Shown: positions 1 through 8,663 of the stretch, one piece after another
Numbering within the stretch: the stretch's first letter is position 1
How the letters are laid out: every line of letters begins with the position of its first letter
NCBI GenBank assembly: GCA_963789815.1
Contig: CAWBMG010000002.1
Span: 65,997-97,996, forward strand
Direction of reading: 5' to 3'
DNA: 32,000 nucleotides
Source: an uncultured Acidobacteriota bacterium
GTDB taxonomy: Bacteria; Acidobacteriota; Vicinamibacteria; Vicinamibacterales; UBA2999
The notes under the pieces: model-generated
Told to the model about the DNA's origin: nothing
The model's database searches: none
What the model saw: the letters and a program-made list of their open reading frames with translations, nothing else
Position numbers and translations under genes: made by a program

Positions 1-1071
1 AGCCGGCAGCAGACGCGGGATGCCGAAGTGATGGTCCCACCCGAGCTGCACTACCATCGTGTAGCGCACATCGCGCTCAGCCAGGCGACGCGCCAGCAGG
101 CAGTTGCGGGCGAACGTCCCTGGCTTCCGCACGTCCGGCCCATAGAGATCGAGCACGTGGTCGGGCTCGTCGGAGATATCCGCGACCTCGGGCACCGACG
201 TCTGCATGCGGTACGACATCTCGTACTGGCTCACCTTCGAAGAAATTTCGGGATCGTTCGACAACTCGTGCTGCATCTTCGAGACGTCGGCGATGGCATC
301 GAGCATGTCGCGGCGATCCTTCGATGTCAGCCCGGTGGGATTGCTGATGTACGGAACCGGATTCTCGCCTGAGCGGAAGAGCACGCCCTGGTAGTGCGAC
401 GGCAAGAAGCCAGCGCCCCAGGCCGCGGCGTCTATCGGCACACCGTTGGGCTGCCCGGAGCTCATAACGACGAATGTCGGAAGGTTCTGGTTGTTCGAGC
501 CGAGGGCGTAGTTGACCCAGGCACCGCCAGACGGCCGGCCGGCGATCTGGAATCCTGTGTGGAGGAACTTCGACGCGGGATCGTGGTTGACGTGCTCGGT
601 GTGCATCGTTCGGATGATGCAGAGGTCATCGACGATGTCGCGCGTGTGCGGCATGAGATCGCTGACCATGATTCCGCTCTTGCCGCCTGGCTTGAACTTG
701 GCGAGTGGGCCAACGACAGGGTATGAGGTCTGCCCCGCGACCATCGTCGACAGCCGCGCCGTCCCGCGCACGGACGCAGGCAGTTCCTGGCCGTGCATCT
801 TCTCGAGCGTCGGCTTGTAGTCGAAGGTGTCTGATTGCGACACGGCGCCGAGCATGTGCAGGTAGATGACGCGCTTTGCCTTCGGCGGAAAGTTCGCTGT
901 TGTGAAGATGCCGTTGCTGAACGGAGTAGCGGCCCGCGAGACTGCCGATTGCTGAGCCCACGCGGGCGCGCCGAGCAACTCTGCAGCGGACAACCAGCCG
1001 AGCCCGGCCCCGAGCTTCAGAAAGAAGCCGCGGCGCCCTCGATCGATAACGTTCTTGATGTCTTCGTTCAT
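1..1071 (-). CDS. DUF1501 domain-containing protein (sulfatase-like), C-terminus beyond the window
   Basis: Minus-strand frame open from ATG at 1071 to the window edge: MNEDIKNVIDRGRRGFFLKLGAGLGWLSAAELLG...FPPKAKRVIYLHMLGAVSQSDTFDYKPTLEKMHGQ.... Tat-like leader and DUF1501-type motif. It sits next to a PSD1 protein, the usual pairing. Confidence 0.85.
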   Translation of the reverse strand, partial: MNEDIKNVIDRGRRGFFLKLGAGLGWLSAAELLGAPAWAQQSAVSRAATPFSNGIFTTANFPPKAKRVIYLHMLGAVSQSDTFDYKPTLEKMHGQELPASVRGTARLSTMVAGQTSYPVVGPLAKFKPGGKSGIMVSDLMPHTRDIVDDLCIIRTMHTEHVNHDPASKFLHTGFQIAGRPSGGAWVNYALGSNNQNLPTFVVMSSGQPNGVPIDAAAWGAGFLPSHYQGVLFRSGENPVPYISNPTGLTSKDRRDMLDAIADVSKMQHELSNDPEISSKVSQYEMSYRMQTSVPEVADISDEPDHVLDLYGPDVRKPGTFARNCLLARRLAERDVRYTMVVQLGWDHHFGIPRLLPA

Positions 1072-1147
1072 CTCTCACTCCAGAACGACATTGAATCGAC
1101 CTCTACGCCGATAAACGCTCCCTCTGTAACGGGCATCTTCGGCCAAT

Positions 1148-4100
1148 TTAGCGAAGCGTGTAGGCGTCGGGCGTGTTCATGATCACAGCGGTCAGGTTGG
1201 TGAGCGCCGCCAGTCGTCCCTGGTCGATACCCACGGGGACCGGGCTCACGCCGATGCGCAGGAGCGTCGCCGCAGCCGCTTGGTCGCTCGCATAGCGCTG
1301 CAGTTGCGCGTCGTAGTACGCCCGTAGCCGCGTGCGCTCGTTCGCCGTCGGGTGTCTGCGCGTCGCGAGCCGGAAGATGGTCGTGACCTGCACGTCGGCA
1401 TCGCCCGGCGCGCCCATGACGTTGGCGGCGAGCACGCGATATGCCTCCACGTACTGCGGGTCGTCCAGGAGCACCAGCGCCTGCAGCGGTGTGTTCGAGG
1501 TTTGCCTGCGTACGACGCTCGTGCCGCGGTCAGGCACGTCGAAGGTGGCGAGCGCCGGATGTGGCGCGTTCCGTTTGATGAAAGTGTAGAGCGTGCGCCG
1601 GTGATGGCCATCCGCAGGGACCTCATCGGCGGTCGGGTATGAATACGCCGCGAGTCCGTCCCAGATGCTATCCGCCTGGTACGGGTAGACGCTCTTGCCG
1701 CCGACGTCCCGCACGAGCAACCCGCTCGCCGCCAGCGCCTGGTCGCGGACCATCTCCGCTGGCATTCGCACACGGCTGAAGCGCGCGAGCAGCACATTGC
1801 GTGGATCGCGCTTGAGCAGCGCATCGTCGATGTTGGAGCCCTGTCGGAATGTCGCCGACATGACGAGCCGCTTCTGCAGCGCCTTCACGTCCCAGCCCGA
1901 TTCGACGAACGTCACAGCGAGCCAGTCGAGCAGTTCGGGATGGGAGGGGATCGCCCCCTGGGCGCCAAAGTCTTCGGATGTCTCCACGAGGCCGCGGCCA
2001 AAAGCGCGCTGCCAAAGCCGGTTGACGAACACGCGAGACGTCAACGGATGCTTCGCGTCGAACAACCAGCGGGCGAGCCCGATGCGGTTCTTCGGCAGAG
2101 CCTCATCCCACGCGAAGATGCGGGAGAGGCCGCGCGGCTGCACCTCGTCACCGTGGTCGCTGTAGACGCCGCGCAGCAATAGGTACGTGGGGCGGGGCTT
2201 GAGCGTGTCACCCATCACCGGCACCTGCGGCAGCACCGAGACGATCTGATTTTCGGCGTTACGCGCCTCGGTCAAAGCCGCCGCCGCGGCGGCCACGCGC
2301 GGATCGTTGGCCACCAGCACATCGGCGACGTCGGCGACGGCCGCCGCCGCCGGCGCGGGACGACCTGCGGCTTCGCCAGCGTAGCGGACCTCGAGCGGCG
2401 TCAGCGCGCGATTGAAGACACGGAACTCGTCGATCGCCCCATCCTTCATCGGCGTGAAGCGGAAGCGGCGCCCGAACATGATCCCGAGATACTCGCCGCC
2501 GAAAAGACCGCCGCCGTTGGGTTGGATGGTCCGCGTCAGGTTGTCGCTAATGATGTCCGCGTCGGCACGCAGGCCGTCGACATACAGGGCCACGCCGGCC
2601 GCCCGGCTCGAGCCGTCGTAGGTCATAGTGACGCGCGACCACTGCTTCAGCGGCAGCGGTGCTCTGCTGACGACGCGAATCATGTTTCCGGCGCGGGAGT
2701 GCTGCAGGTCGAACTGAAGTCGGTTCCGATCGAGTTGCAGCTGGTAGCCGACGTTGCCGGAGTTGTTGTCCTCTCGATGATTGAAGACCGTAGCGTCGTC
2801 GTAAACCTGGTTCGGCAGCACCCAGAGATCGATGCTGAACGCTTGCGTCCGTTCGTAGTCTCCGACACCGTCCCCGAGGATGCCTCGGTTGTTGTCGTCG
2901 AAGAAAAACGCCTTGCCTTTTACGCCGTCCTTGAGGAGGGGGGCTTCGAAGAGTGCTGGCTTGAGCCCCGGCATACCTGCCGGGGAGAAGCGCAGCGCGT
3001 CGCGCACAAGGTCCCCCGGCAACGTGCGCACTTGGCGAACCACCTGTTGCAGCTGTTCCCCTGTCAGATCGCCGCGTCCCGCCGCGGGGGGCGCACCGCC
3101 GCGCCCACCGGGTCCGCCCTGGCGCCCCGCTGCAGCCGGGCTCTGCGGCGCGACTGCCGGAGTACCGCCTTGCGGCACGGGCACGGGAGGTCCACCGAAG
3201 CCAAACCGCGAGCGCGTTTCCGGTGCGAGCGGCGGCGGGGCGAGACGACGTCGCGGCTTCGATCGCGGCAACTGATCGTCGGGCACAAGCGACGTCTCCT
3301 CGAACGGGTAGTAGGCGACGAGCGCGCGCTGTAGCGACTGGCGAACGGTGTCCGACACTTCCGCCGGCGTTCGCACAATCGTCGCAGCTTGATTCATGGC
3401 ATCGTGGCTGGCGGCGGTGCGCGCCGTGGCCAATGCGGCCTCGCCGCTGCGGATCGCCACCGCTGCCGCCGCGATCTTCGCGTCGGTGGCCGCATCCGTC
3501 CACGGAAGCGTTGGCCCTGGCGTAATTCCCGTGGTACCGGGCGCGTAGAAGCCGGGCTCGTCCGTGCTATTGAAGAACCCGGTCATCGAATAGAAGTCCT
3601 TGTGACTGATCGGGTCGTACTTGTGGTCGTGGCAGCGCGCGCAGCCGACGGTCATGCCAAGGAAGGCGGTCCCAATCGTGTTGGTGCGATCAACGGCGTA
3701 CTCGACGCGGTATTCCTCATCGATCGCACCGTTCTCCGTCGTACGTTTACCGACGCGCAGGAATGCCGTCGCCAGCACCTGTTCCTTCGAGTGGCTCGGC
3801 ATTAGGTCGCCGGCGATCTGCCACGTGCCGAACTGGTCGAACGGCATGTTGCGGTTGAAGGCCGAAATGATCCAGTCGCGGTACGGCCAGAACAGACGGT
3901 CGTGATAGTCGTCGAGGAAGCCGTCGCTCTCGGAGTAGCGAGCGAGATCGGACCAGTAGGACGCCATGTGCTCGCCAAAGCCCGGAGACGCCAGAAGCCG
4001 ATCCACAACCCTCTCGTAGGCTCGCGGTGTCCTGTCTTTCAAGAAGGCGTCGACCTCCGCGAGCGTGGGCGGGAGACCAGTCAGCACGAGCGTGACCCGA

Positions 4101-4684
4101 TTGATAAGCGTTTCCCGATCCGCTTCGGGCGACATTTGGAGCCCCTCGCGCTGCAGACGCCGGATGACGAAGCGATCGATCTCGGTCATCGCTCGGTCTC
4201 GGGTCGTCACCGGAGGAAGCACGGGCTTCTGGGGCGTGATGAAGGCCCAGTGGGGCTTGTATTGCGCGCCTTCGGCAATCCATCGGCGAAGGATGTCGAT
4301 CTTCTCGGGCGCGAGGGTCTTGTTCGTGATAGCCGGCGGCATTCGGACTGCGACGTTCTCGTGCGCGACGCGCCGGAGCAGCTCGCTCTCGTCAGGCTTG
4401 CCGGGAACGATCGCCCTCCGGCCGCTGCGCTCGTTCAGCACCTTCGTGGCGCCCTCGGCCTCGTCCAGACGCAGGCCGGCGCGGCGGGCTTTCTCGTCGG
4501 GCCCATGGCACTGGAAGCAGTTCTCCGAAAGGATGGGCCGGACGTCCCAGTTGTAGTCGACAGGTTCGGGCCCGGCCGGCGACCGCGGCCCCGCCTGCTG
4601 TGTCGACCCGGCGAGCACAACACCGCAGGAAACGAGTGCTGCGAGCCCAACGCCGAATCGCCACACGCGAGGACCAAGAGTCAT
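1148..4684 (-). CDS. PSD1 and planctomycete cytochrome C domain-containing protein (DUF1549/DUF1553) with internal LamG-like domain
   Basis: ORF 1148..4774. It has a cytochrome-like NCFQCHGPD motif, GMTVGCARCHDHKYDPI and HPLTSRVFVNRLWQRAFGRGLVETSEDFG. The most likely start is the ATG at 4684 (MTLGPRVWRFGVGLAALVSCGVVLAGS, signal peptide). Confidence 0.9.
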   Translation of the reverse strand: MTLGPRVWRFGVGLAALVSCGVVLAGSTQQAGPRSPAGPEPVDYNWDVRPILSENCFQCHGPDEKARRAGLRLDEAEGATKVLNERSGRRAIVPGKPDESELLRRVAHENVAVRMPPAITNKTLAPEKIDILRRWIAEGAQYKPHWAFITPQKPVLPPVTTRDRAMTEIDRFVIRRLQREGLQMSPEADRETLINRVTLVLTGLPPTLAEVDAFLKDRTPRAYERVVDRLLASPGFGEHMASYWSDLARYSESDGFLDDYHDRLFWPYRDWIISAFNRNMPFDQFGTWQIAGDLMPSHSKEQVLATAFLRVGKRTTENGAIDEEYRVEYAVDRTNTIGTAFLGMTVGCARCHDHKYDPISHKDFYSMTGFFNSTDEPGFYAPGTTGITPGPTLPWTDAATDAKIAAAAVAIRSGEAALATARTAASHDAMNQAATIVRTPAEVSDTVRQSLQRALVAYYPFEETSLVPDDQLPRSKPRRRLAPPPLAPETRSRFGFGGPPVPVPQGGTPAVAPQSPAAAGRQGGPGGRGGAPPAAGRGDLTGEQLQQVVRQVRTLPGDLVRDALRFSPAGMPGLKPALFEAPLLKDGVKGKAFFFDDNNRGILGDGVGDYERTQAFSIDLWVLPNQVYDDATVFNHREDNNSGNVGYQLQLDRNRLQFDLQHSRAGNMIRVVSRAPLPLKQWSRVTMTYDGSSRAAGVALYVDGLRADADIISDNLTRTIQPNGGGLFGGEYLGIMFGRRFRFTPMKDGAIDEFRVFNRALTPLEVRYAGEAAGRPAPAAAAVADVADVLVANDPRVAAAAAALTEARNAENQIVSVLPQVPVMGDTLKPRPTYLLLRGVYSDHGDEVQPRGLSRIFAWDEALPKNRIGLARWLFDAKHPLTSRVFVNRLWQRAFGRGLVETSEDFGAQGAIPSHPELLDWLAVTFVESGWDVKALQKRLVMSATFRQGSNIDDALLKRDPRNVLLARFSRVRMPAEMVRDQALAASGLLVRDVGGKSVYPYQADSIWDGLAAYSYPTADEVPADGHHRRTLYTFIKRNAPHPALATFDVPDRGTSVVRRQTSNTPLQALVLLDDPQYVEAYRVLAANVMGAPGDADVQVTTIFRLATRRHPTANERTRLRAYYDAQLQRYASDQAAAATLLRIGVSPVPVGIDQGRLAALTNLTAVIMNTPDAYTLR

Positions 4685-4719
4685 GGGCGTCGCTCCTCCT
4701 GATAAGTTCGCCGACGACC

Positions 4720-4733
4720 TGGAAACGTTTTCA
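4720..4733. promoter_or_regulatory. LacI/GalR-type operator-like near-palindrome TGGAAACGTTTTCA
   Basis: 14-nt near-perfect dyad (6/7 arm match) centred on CG, 36 nt upstream of the PSD1 gene start. Confidence 0.35.
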
Positions 4734-4825
4734 AAAGGGGATATTCTCATATCTTGCCATTGCTGAAAAGCCAAAACGGCGGCACGACACGGCTCACCTC
4801 TAAGACTTTGAGTGATGAGCCTGCT

Positions 4826-5677
4826 CTACCCTTCGGAAACGTGTATCCGAGTCTGTCGATCGGGCGCACGTCTGCGGCGCGCATCGACGCTCCAAGCACC
4901 GGCTCCCGCGACGAAAAAGTACAAGAAAACGACGAAGTACAGCAATGCTTCAATCCCACCGTTGCGGATCGGCCAGGTCTCACGCGGGGCCGCCACGAGG
5001 ACATACGCCAGCAGCGCCTCGACAGAGAGGACCAGCGACGTTTGTCTCACGAAGAGCCCGAGCATCAGCAGCATACCGCCCGCCAACTCGAGGTAGCCAG
5101 TGAATGGGGGCAGTGAATCCAGCGCCAGCGGTGGCGCGTTCCGTCTTCCGGCAACAGAGACGAACATGCCGAACAACTTCCTGCACCCATGAAGGGCCAT
5201 GAGGAAGCCGACAATGATCCGAAGCACCGATCTGACCTGTGGCTCCCAGGCCGCGATACGCCTTACGAAAGGTCCTATCGCGCGGCGTCGCTCGATCGCG
5301 GCGTCGAGGCTCCACGCCCCCGCGCCGGCGGCCACGAACCATAGAAAGATGTAGCAGTTGAGCACGGCTTCCTCACCGCCGTTGGCGATCGGGAAGAACC
5401 CGCGTGGCGCCCAGGATCGAAAGTAGGCGACAGCCATCTCGCCGCTCAGAATGAACGCCGTCGGTCTCGTGAAAAGCCCCAGCGCGAGAAGTGGCCCGCC
5501 AACGGCTTCGAGAATGCCACCGACGCCACGAATACCCCACAGCGTGGACTCGGGACGCGCGCCTGCAAACCCGAACAGCTTCTCCAACCCATGCTGCATG
5601 AACAGCAAGCCGGCGACTACGCGCACGACGCACAGAATGTACGGCTGGAACCGCTCAACACCGTCCGCGGCACTCAC
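4826..5677 (-). CDS. DoxX family membrane protein, tandemly duplicated DoxX domain
   Basis: 283-aa ORF with two similar halves: VRVVAGLLFMQHGLEKLFG...GGPLLALGLFTRPTAFILSGEMAVAYF and LRIIVGFLMALHGCRKLFG...GGMLLMLGLFVRQTSLVLSVEALLAYV. Confidence 0.85.
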   Translation of the reverse strand: MSAADGVERFQPYILCVVRVVAGLLFMQHGLEKLFGFAGARPESTLWGIRGVGGILEAVGGPLLALGLFTRPTAFILSGEMAVAYFRSWAPRGFFPIANGGEEAVLNCYIFLWFVAAGAGAWSLDAAIERRRAIGPFVRRIAAWEPQVRSVLRIIVGFLMALHGCRKLFGMFVSVAGRRNAPPLALDSLPPFTGYLELAGGMLLMLGLFVRQTSLVLSVEALLAYVLVAAPRETWPIRNGGIEALLYFVVFLYFFVAGAGAWSVDARRRRAPDRQTRIHVSEG

Positions 5678-5883
5678 TTGCCGACGACACCGTCGCGGAT
5701 CAACCTGTTGAAGCGCTCCTCCTCCGAGGGCACGCAGTAGATCCGCTCATCCCGGATCTTCTCGTTCGCGCGGTCGCGGCGGAACAGCTTCACGTCGCTG
5801 CGAAACGGCGCTGCGTAGTATTCGGGGTCGGTGATCGTCATCGTCAACTCGAGTGTTTCGGCGTCGACCAGATCCCTCGGCAT
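5674..5883 (-). pseudogene. Short C-terminal fragment related to the protein encoded at 7150..8085
   Basis: 69-aa ORF: LELTMTITDPEYYAAPFRSDVK...EEERFNRLIRDGVVGK. The full-length gene gives LELNMTITDPSYYAKPWKGQTKQF...DELEFNRTIRDPAGTGK. The N-terminal ~230 aa are absent because the upstream DNA encodes the DUF6644-like gene. Confidence 0.55.
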
Positions 5884-5887
5884 GAGG

Positions 5888-6379
5888 CTACAGGTTGTAA
5901 GCCATGATTCGGCCCGCGGCGATGATGCAGAACCACAAAACGAGTGATACGAGGCCGGCTACGCGGGCACGCAATGGCGGTTTGTCTGTGGTGTCCCACT
6001 GATCGCGTTGGCGGTCGATCGTGGTGTGGAAAATGAGGATATTCAGCCCTCCGAGCACGAGCAGACCCAGCTTGATGCGAAAGTAGGTGCTCGCGTAGGC
6101 CTCGGCAGCTCGTGCCGAAAACAGGAGCGCGCCCGTGACGAACATCACGACGAAGCCGAGCATCATCCAGGGCCTCACCTGAGTGAACACGTTCGACACA
6201 GAATCGCGGCGCATGGCGACGCCGAGCAGGCGAAGATCGAACCACATCACCGTACCGACCGAGAGGGCCAGGCCAAGCACGTGGCTTCCTTCGATGAACG
6301 GATAGGCGTAGCCCGATTCCCGGATCGAGGTGCCGAGGGAGGTATCCTGCAACCATTGGCACCAGTCGAGGAGTGACAT
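5888..6379 (-). CDS. DUF6644-like integral membrane protein (copy 1)
   Basis: MSLLDWCQWLQDTSLGTSIRESGYAYPFIEGSHVLGLALSVGTVMWFDLRLLG...GLVSLVLWFCIIAAGRIMAYNL, with several TM segments. Similar architecture to 8114..8599. Confidence 0.75.
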   Translation of the reverse strand: MSLLDWCQWLQDTSLGTSIRESGYAYPFIEGSHVLGLALSVGTVMWFDLRLLGVAMRRDSVSNVFTQVRPWMMLGFVVMFVTGALLFSARAAEAYASTYFRIKLGLLVLGGLNILIFHTTIDRQRDQWDTTDKPPLRARVAGLVSLVLWFCIIAAGRIMAYNL

Positions 6380-6545
6380 CACATCTCCGCGCCCTTGGAT
6401 GTCTGCTGACCAGCGACGACCATCGCGCCGGTAAACGGGACGAATTCGAAACCAAGAAGCGGACCACGTCGCTAGGTTGTCACGACCTCTCCGCGACTGC
6501 GAAACGGAGCGTGGCACCGGCTGTCCTGTAGACTATATGCAAACG

Positions 6546-6596
6546 ATTTGCTTTGGCAAATTCTTTATTGACAGCCCTTGGCGGCTCACATAGATT
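6546..6596 (+). promoter_or_regulatory. Candidate sigma70-type promoter (TTGACA-17-TAGATT) preceded by an inverted repeat ATTTGC-tttg-GCAAAT
   Basis: -35 TTGACA at 6568..6573, 17-nt spacer, -10 TAGATT at 6591..6596. A 6-bp-arm inverted repeat at 6546..6561 lies immediately upstream. The site is in the divergent intergenic region before the gene at 6659. Confidence 0.5.
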
Positions 6597-6658
6597 TGAG
6601 CGGTCACGCACCTGACTGTCTGCTGTCTCTGACAGCGTCTCGGTATCTGGAGCACCCG

Positions 6659-7126
6659 ATGAACACCCGAAAAAGCGTACTGATGAGCGCAACTCTCGCG
6701 CTGATCGCGATGGCACTCCCTGCATCGGCTCACCACGGCACGAACATCGCGTACGACCGTTCGAAGCAGTTCACGAAGCCAGCCATCGTCACGAAATTCG
6801 AGTACCGCAATCCCCATCCGCAGCTGTTCGTGGAAATGAAGGACGACAAGGGGGTGGTTGAACATTGGGGCCTGGAGCTGCTGCCGAATCCGGCGCAGCT
6901 GATGCGGAACGGGTGGAGCCGCCAGCGATCAAGCGAGGTATTGAAGCCGGGCACGCCGGTGGTCGTCACGGTCGCACCGTCGAAGGCTGGGGGGATCGTC
7001 GCCTTGTTGCTGCGCATCACCAGCCCAGAGGGTGAAGAGCTGGTTACGGGTGGAGGCGGTGCTGGAGGGCGTCAGGGAGATCCCGATGCCGGCCGACAGG
7101 GCGGCGCCGGACGCGGCGCCGAGTAA
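6659..7126 (+). CDS. DUF6152-like secreted protein
   Basis: MNTRKSVLMSATLALIAMALPASAHHGTNIAYDRSKQFTKPAIVTKFEYRNPHPQLFVEMKDDKG... Signal peptide and AHH + EYRNPH pattern typical of the family. Confidence 0.8.
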   Translation: MNTRKSVLMSATLALIAMALPASAHHGTNIAYDRSKQFTKPAIVTKFEYRNPHPQLFVEMKDDKGVVEHWGLELLPNPAQLMRNGWSRQRSSEVLKPGTPVVVTVAPSKAGGIVALLLRITSPEGEELVTGGGGAGGRQGDPDAGRQGGAGRGAE

Positions 7127-7149
7127 GCACATTGCTAGAGGAGCGTCAC

Positions 7150-8085
7150 ATGCAGCATCGCCTCGCTACATCACTCGGTGTCTTGGCCGCCATTGTCGCG
7201 CTTACAGTGGCGCTCATTGGTCAGCAACCAGGCGGCCGACAGGGCGCCGCGGGCCGTCAGGGCACGCCGGCCGCTGACAACCGACAATTCAACGCGCGCG
7301 AACTGGTCGGCATCTGGAGTCGCAATGCTGGAGGGTACGGTGGCGGGGGGACCTGCGCTGGGTGCGGCGACCGCGGCTACAGTCTCGAGTTTCCGGAGTT
7401 CACGGCCGATGGTCAGGCCGCATTCGAGAAGAATATCCCCTCGTACGGCCGTCCAAAAGACAGTGAAGACGCCAAGGCACACCCGGAGGAACACATCGGC
7501 CGTCGGCGCGCGCAGCCGCCCGCGCTCGGCAACGACCTGTACGGTCAGTGCAACCCAATGGGCGTACCACGCGCGCTCCTCTATCCCGATCCTGTCGAGT
7601 TCTATGTGCTGCCCGATCGCATCCTGCAGCACTTTGAATGGCACTACGGTCTCCGCACGATCTGGATGGACGGTCGGAAGCTGCCGACTCCCCCGCTCGA
7701 CCTGCCACGCTGGTGGGGCTACTCGGTCGGCCGCTGGGAGGGCGACACGCTCGTCGTCGAGTCTGTTGGCCACGAGGACCGCACATGGATTGACTACTTC
7801 GGATATCCACACAGCGAGATGATGAAGCTCGAGGAGCGCTACCGACGCATCGCATTTGATACGCTCGAGCTGAACATGACGATCACGGATCCAAGCTATT
7901 ACGCGAAGCCCTGGAAGGGCCAGACAAAACAGTTCAAGCTTCTTGCAAAGGATTTCATCAAGACGCCGGAAGGCTGGAGCGGCCTGCTCGAGGATCTCTG
8001 CGCGCCCGTCGACGAGCTCGAGTTCAATCGCACGATCCGGGACCCGGCCGGGACTGGCAAGCCGGCGGCACCGACGGCGCGGTAG
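7150..8085 (+). CDS. Conserved secreted protein of unknown function
   Basis: MQHRLATSLGVLAAIVALTVALIG... signal peptide. The body contains CNPMGVPRALLYPDPVEFYVLPDRILQHFEWHYGLRTIWMDGRKLP...GYSVGRWEGDTLVVESVGHEDRTWIDYFGYPHSEMMKLEERYRR. Confidence 0.8.
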   Translation: MQHRLATSLGVLAAIVALTVALIGQQPGGRQGAAGRQGTPAADNRQFNARELVGIWSRNAGGYGGGGTCAGCGDRGYSLEFPEFTADGQAAFEKNIPSYGRPKDSEDAKAHPEEHIGRRRAQPPALGNDLYGQCNPMGVPRALLYPDPVEFYVLPDRILQHFEWHYGLRTIWMDGRKLPTPPLDLPRWWGYSVGRWEGDTLVVESVGHEDRTWIDYFGYPHSEMMKLEERYRRIAFDTLELNMTITDPSYYAKPWKGQTKQFKLLAKDFIKTPEGWSGLLEDLCAPVDELEFNRTIRDPAGTGKPAAPTAR

Positions 8086-8113
8086 GGCCTCCCTTTCCGA
8101 GCGGGGATCTTCG

Positions 8114-8599
8114 ATGTCATGGGAAGTATTGCTGCCCCTCGCGTCGCGCCTGGGTAGCACGCCGTTTGCTCTGTGGCTTGGACAGTCGACGTGGCGCATC
8201 GCGTGGCTGCTCACGTTGCATCTGTTCGGCCTCACGGTGCTGCTCGGCACGGTGATTATCTCGAGCCTGCATCTACTCGGTCTCTTTCAGCGGCACAAGC
8301 CGAGGGCACAACTGCGCCAAGAGATCGGTCCCGCGATGCTTGCGGGGCTGCTGCTGATGGTGACGACAGGGGCACTAATCTTTACGGGTGGCGCCGAAGC
8401 GTACTACTCAGGCTACTGGTTCCGCCTCAAGATGGTGCTGCTCTTCGTCACGCTGTCGTTTCACTTTACGATCTACCGCGTAGTCACGAGCGCAGCCGAA
8501 GGGCGATTTCCGCCGATGGCTTGCCGGCTGACTGGTCTCGTCACACTAGTGCTCTGGTTCAGCGTCGGTTGGGCCGGGCGGGTGATTGCGTTCTTGTGA
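8114..8599 (+). CDS. DUF6644-like integral membrane protein (copy 2)
   Basis: MSWEVLLPLASRLGSTPFALWLGQSTWRIAWLLTLHLFGLTVLLGTVIISSLHLLG...GLVTLVLWFSVGWAGRVIAFL, multiple TM segments. Confidence 0.75.
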   Translation: MSWEVLLPLASRLGSTPFALWLGQSTWRIAWLLTLHLFGLTVLLGTVIISSLHLLGLFQRHKPRAQLRQEIGPAMLAGLLLMVTTGALIFTGGAEAYYSGYWFRLKMVLLFVTLSFHFTIYRVVTSAAEGRFPPMACRLTGLVTLVLWFSVGWAGRVIAFL

Positions 8600-8663
8600 G
8601 CCGGCATCGTCGGCACGATGCAAGGATGGCGTCAGGTGAATCGAACACGATGAAGGATGTGAG

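Noticed and set aside
2522-3503. Long ORFs antisense and out of frame to the PSD1 gene (270 aa plus, 318 aa minus)
   Set aside because: High GC produces long spurious ORFs. The 1148..4684 frame has clear domain motifs and the others are arginine-rich with no recognisable family.
7171-8250. 359-aa minus-strand ORF (and 214-aa plus-strand out-of-frame ORF)
   Set aside because: Fully overlaps the well-supported secreted-protein gene 7150..8085. The composition looks like an antisense translation.
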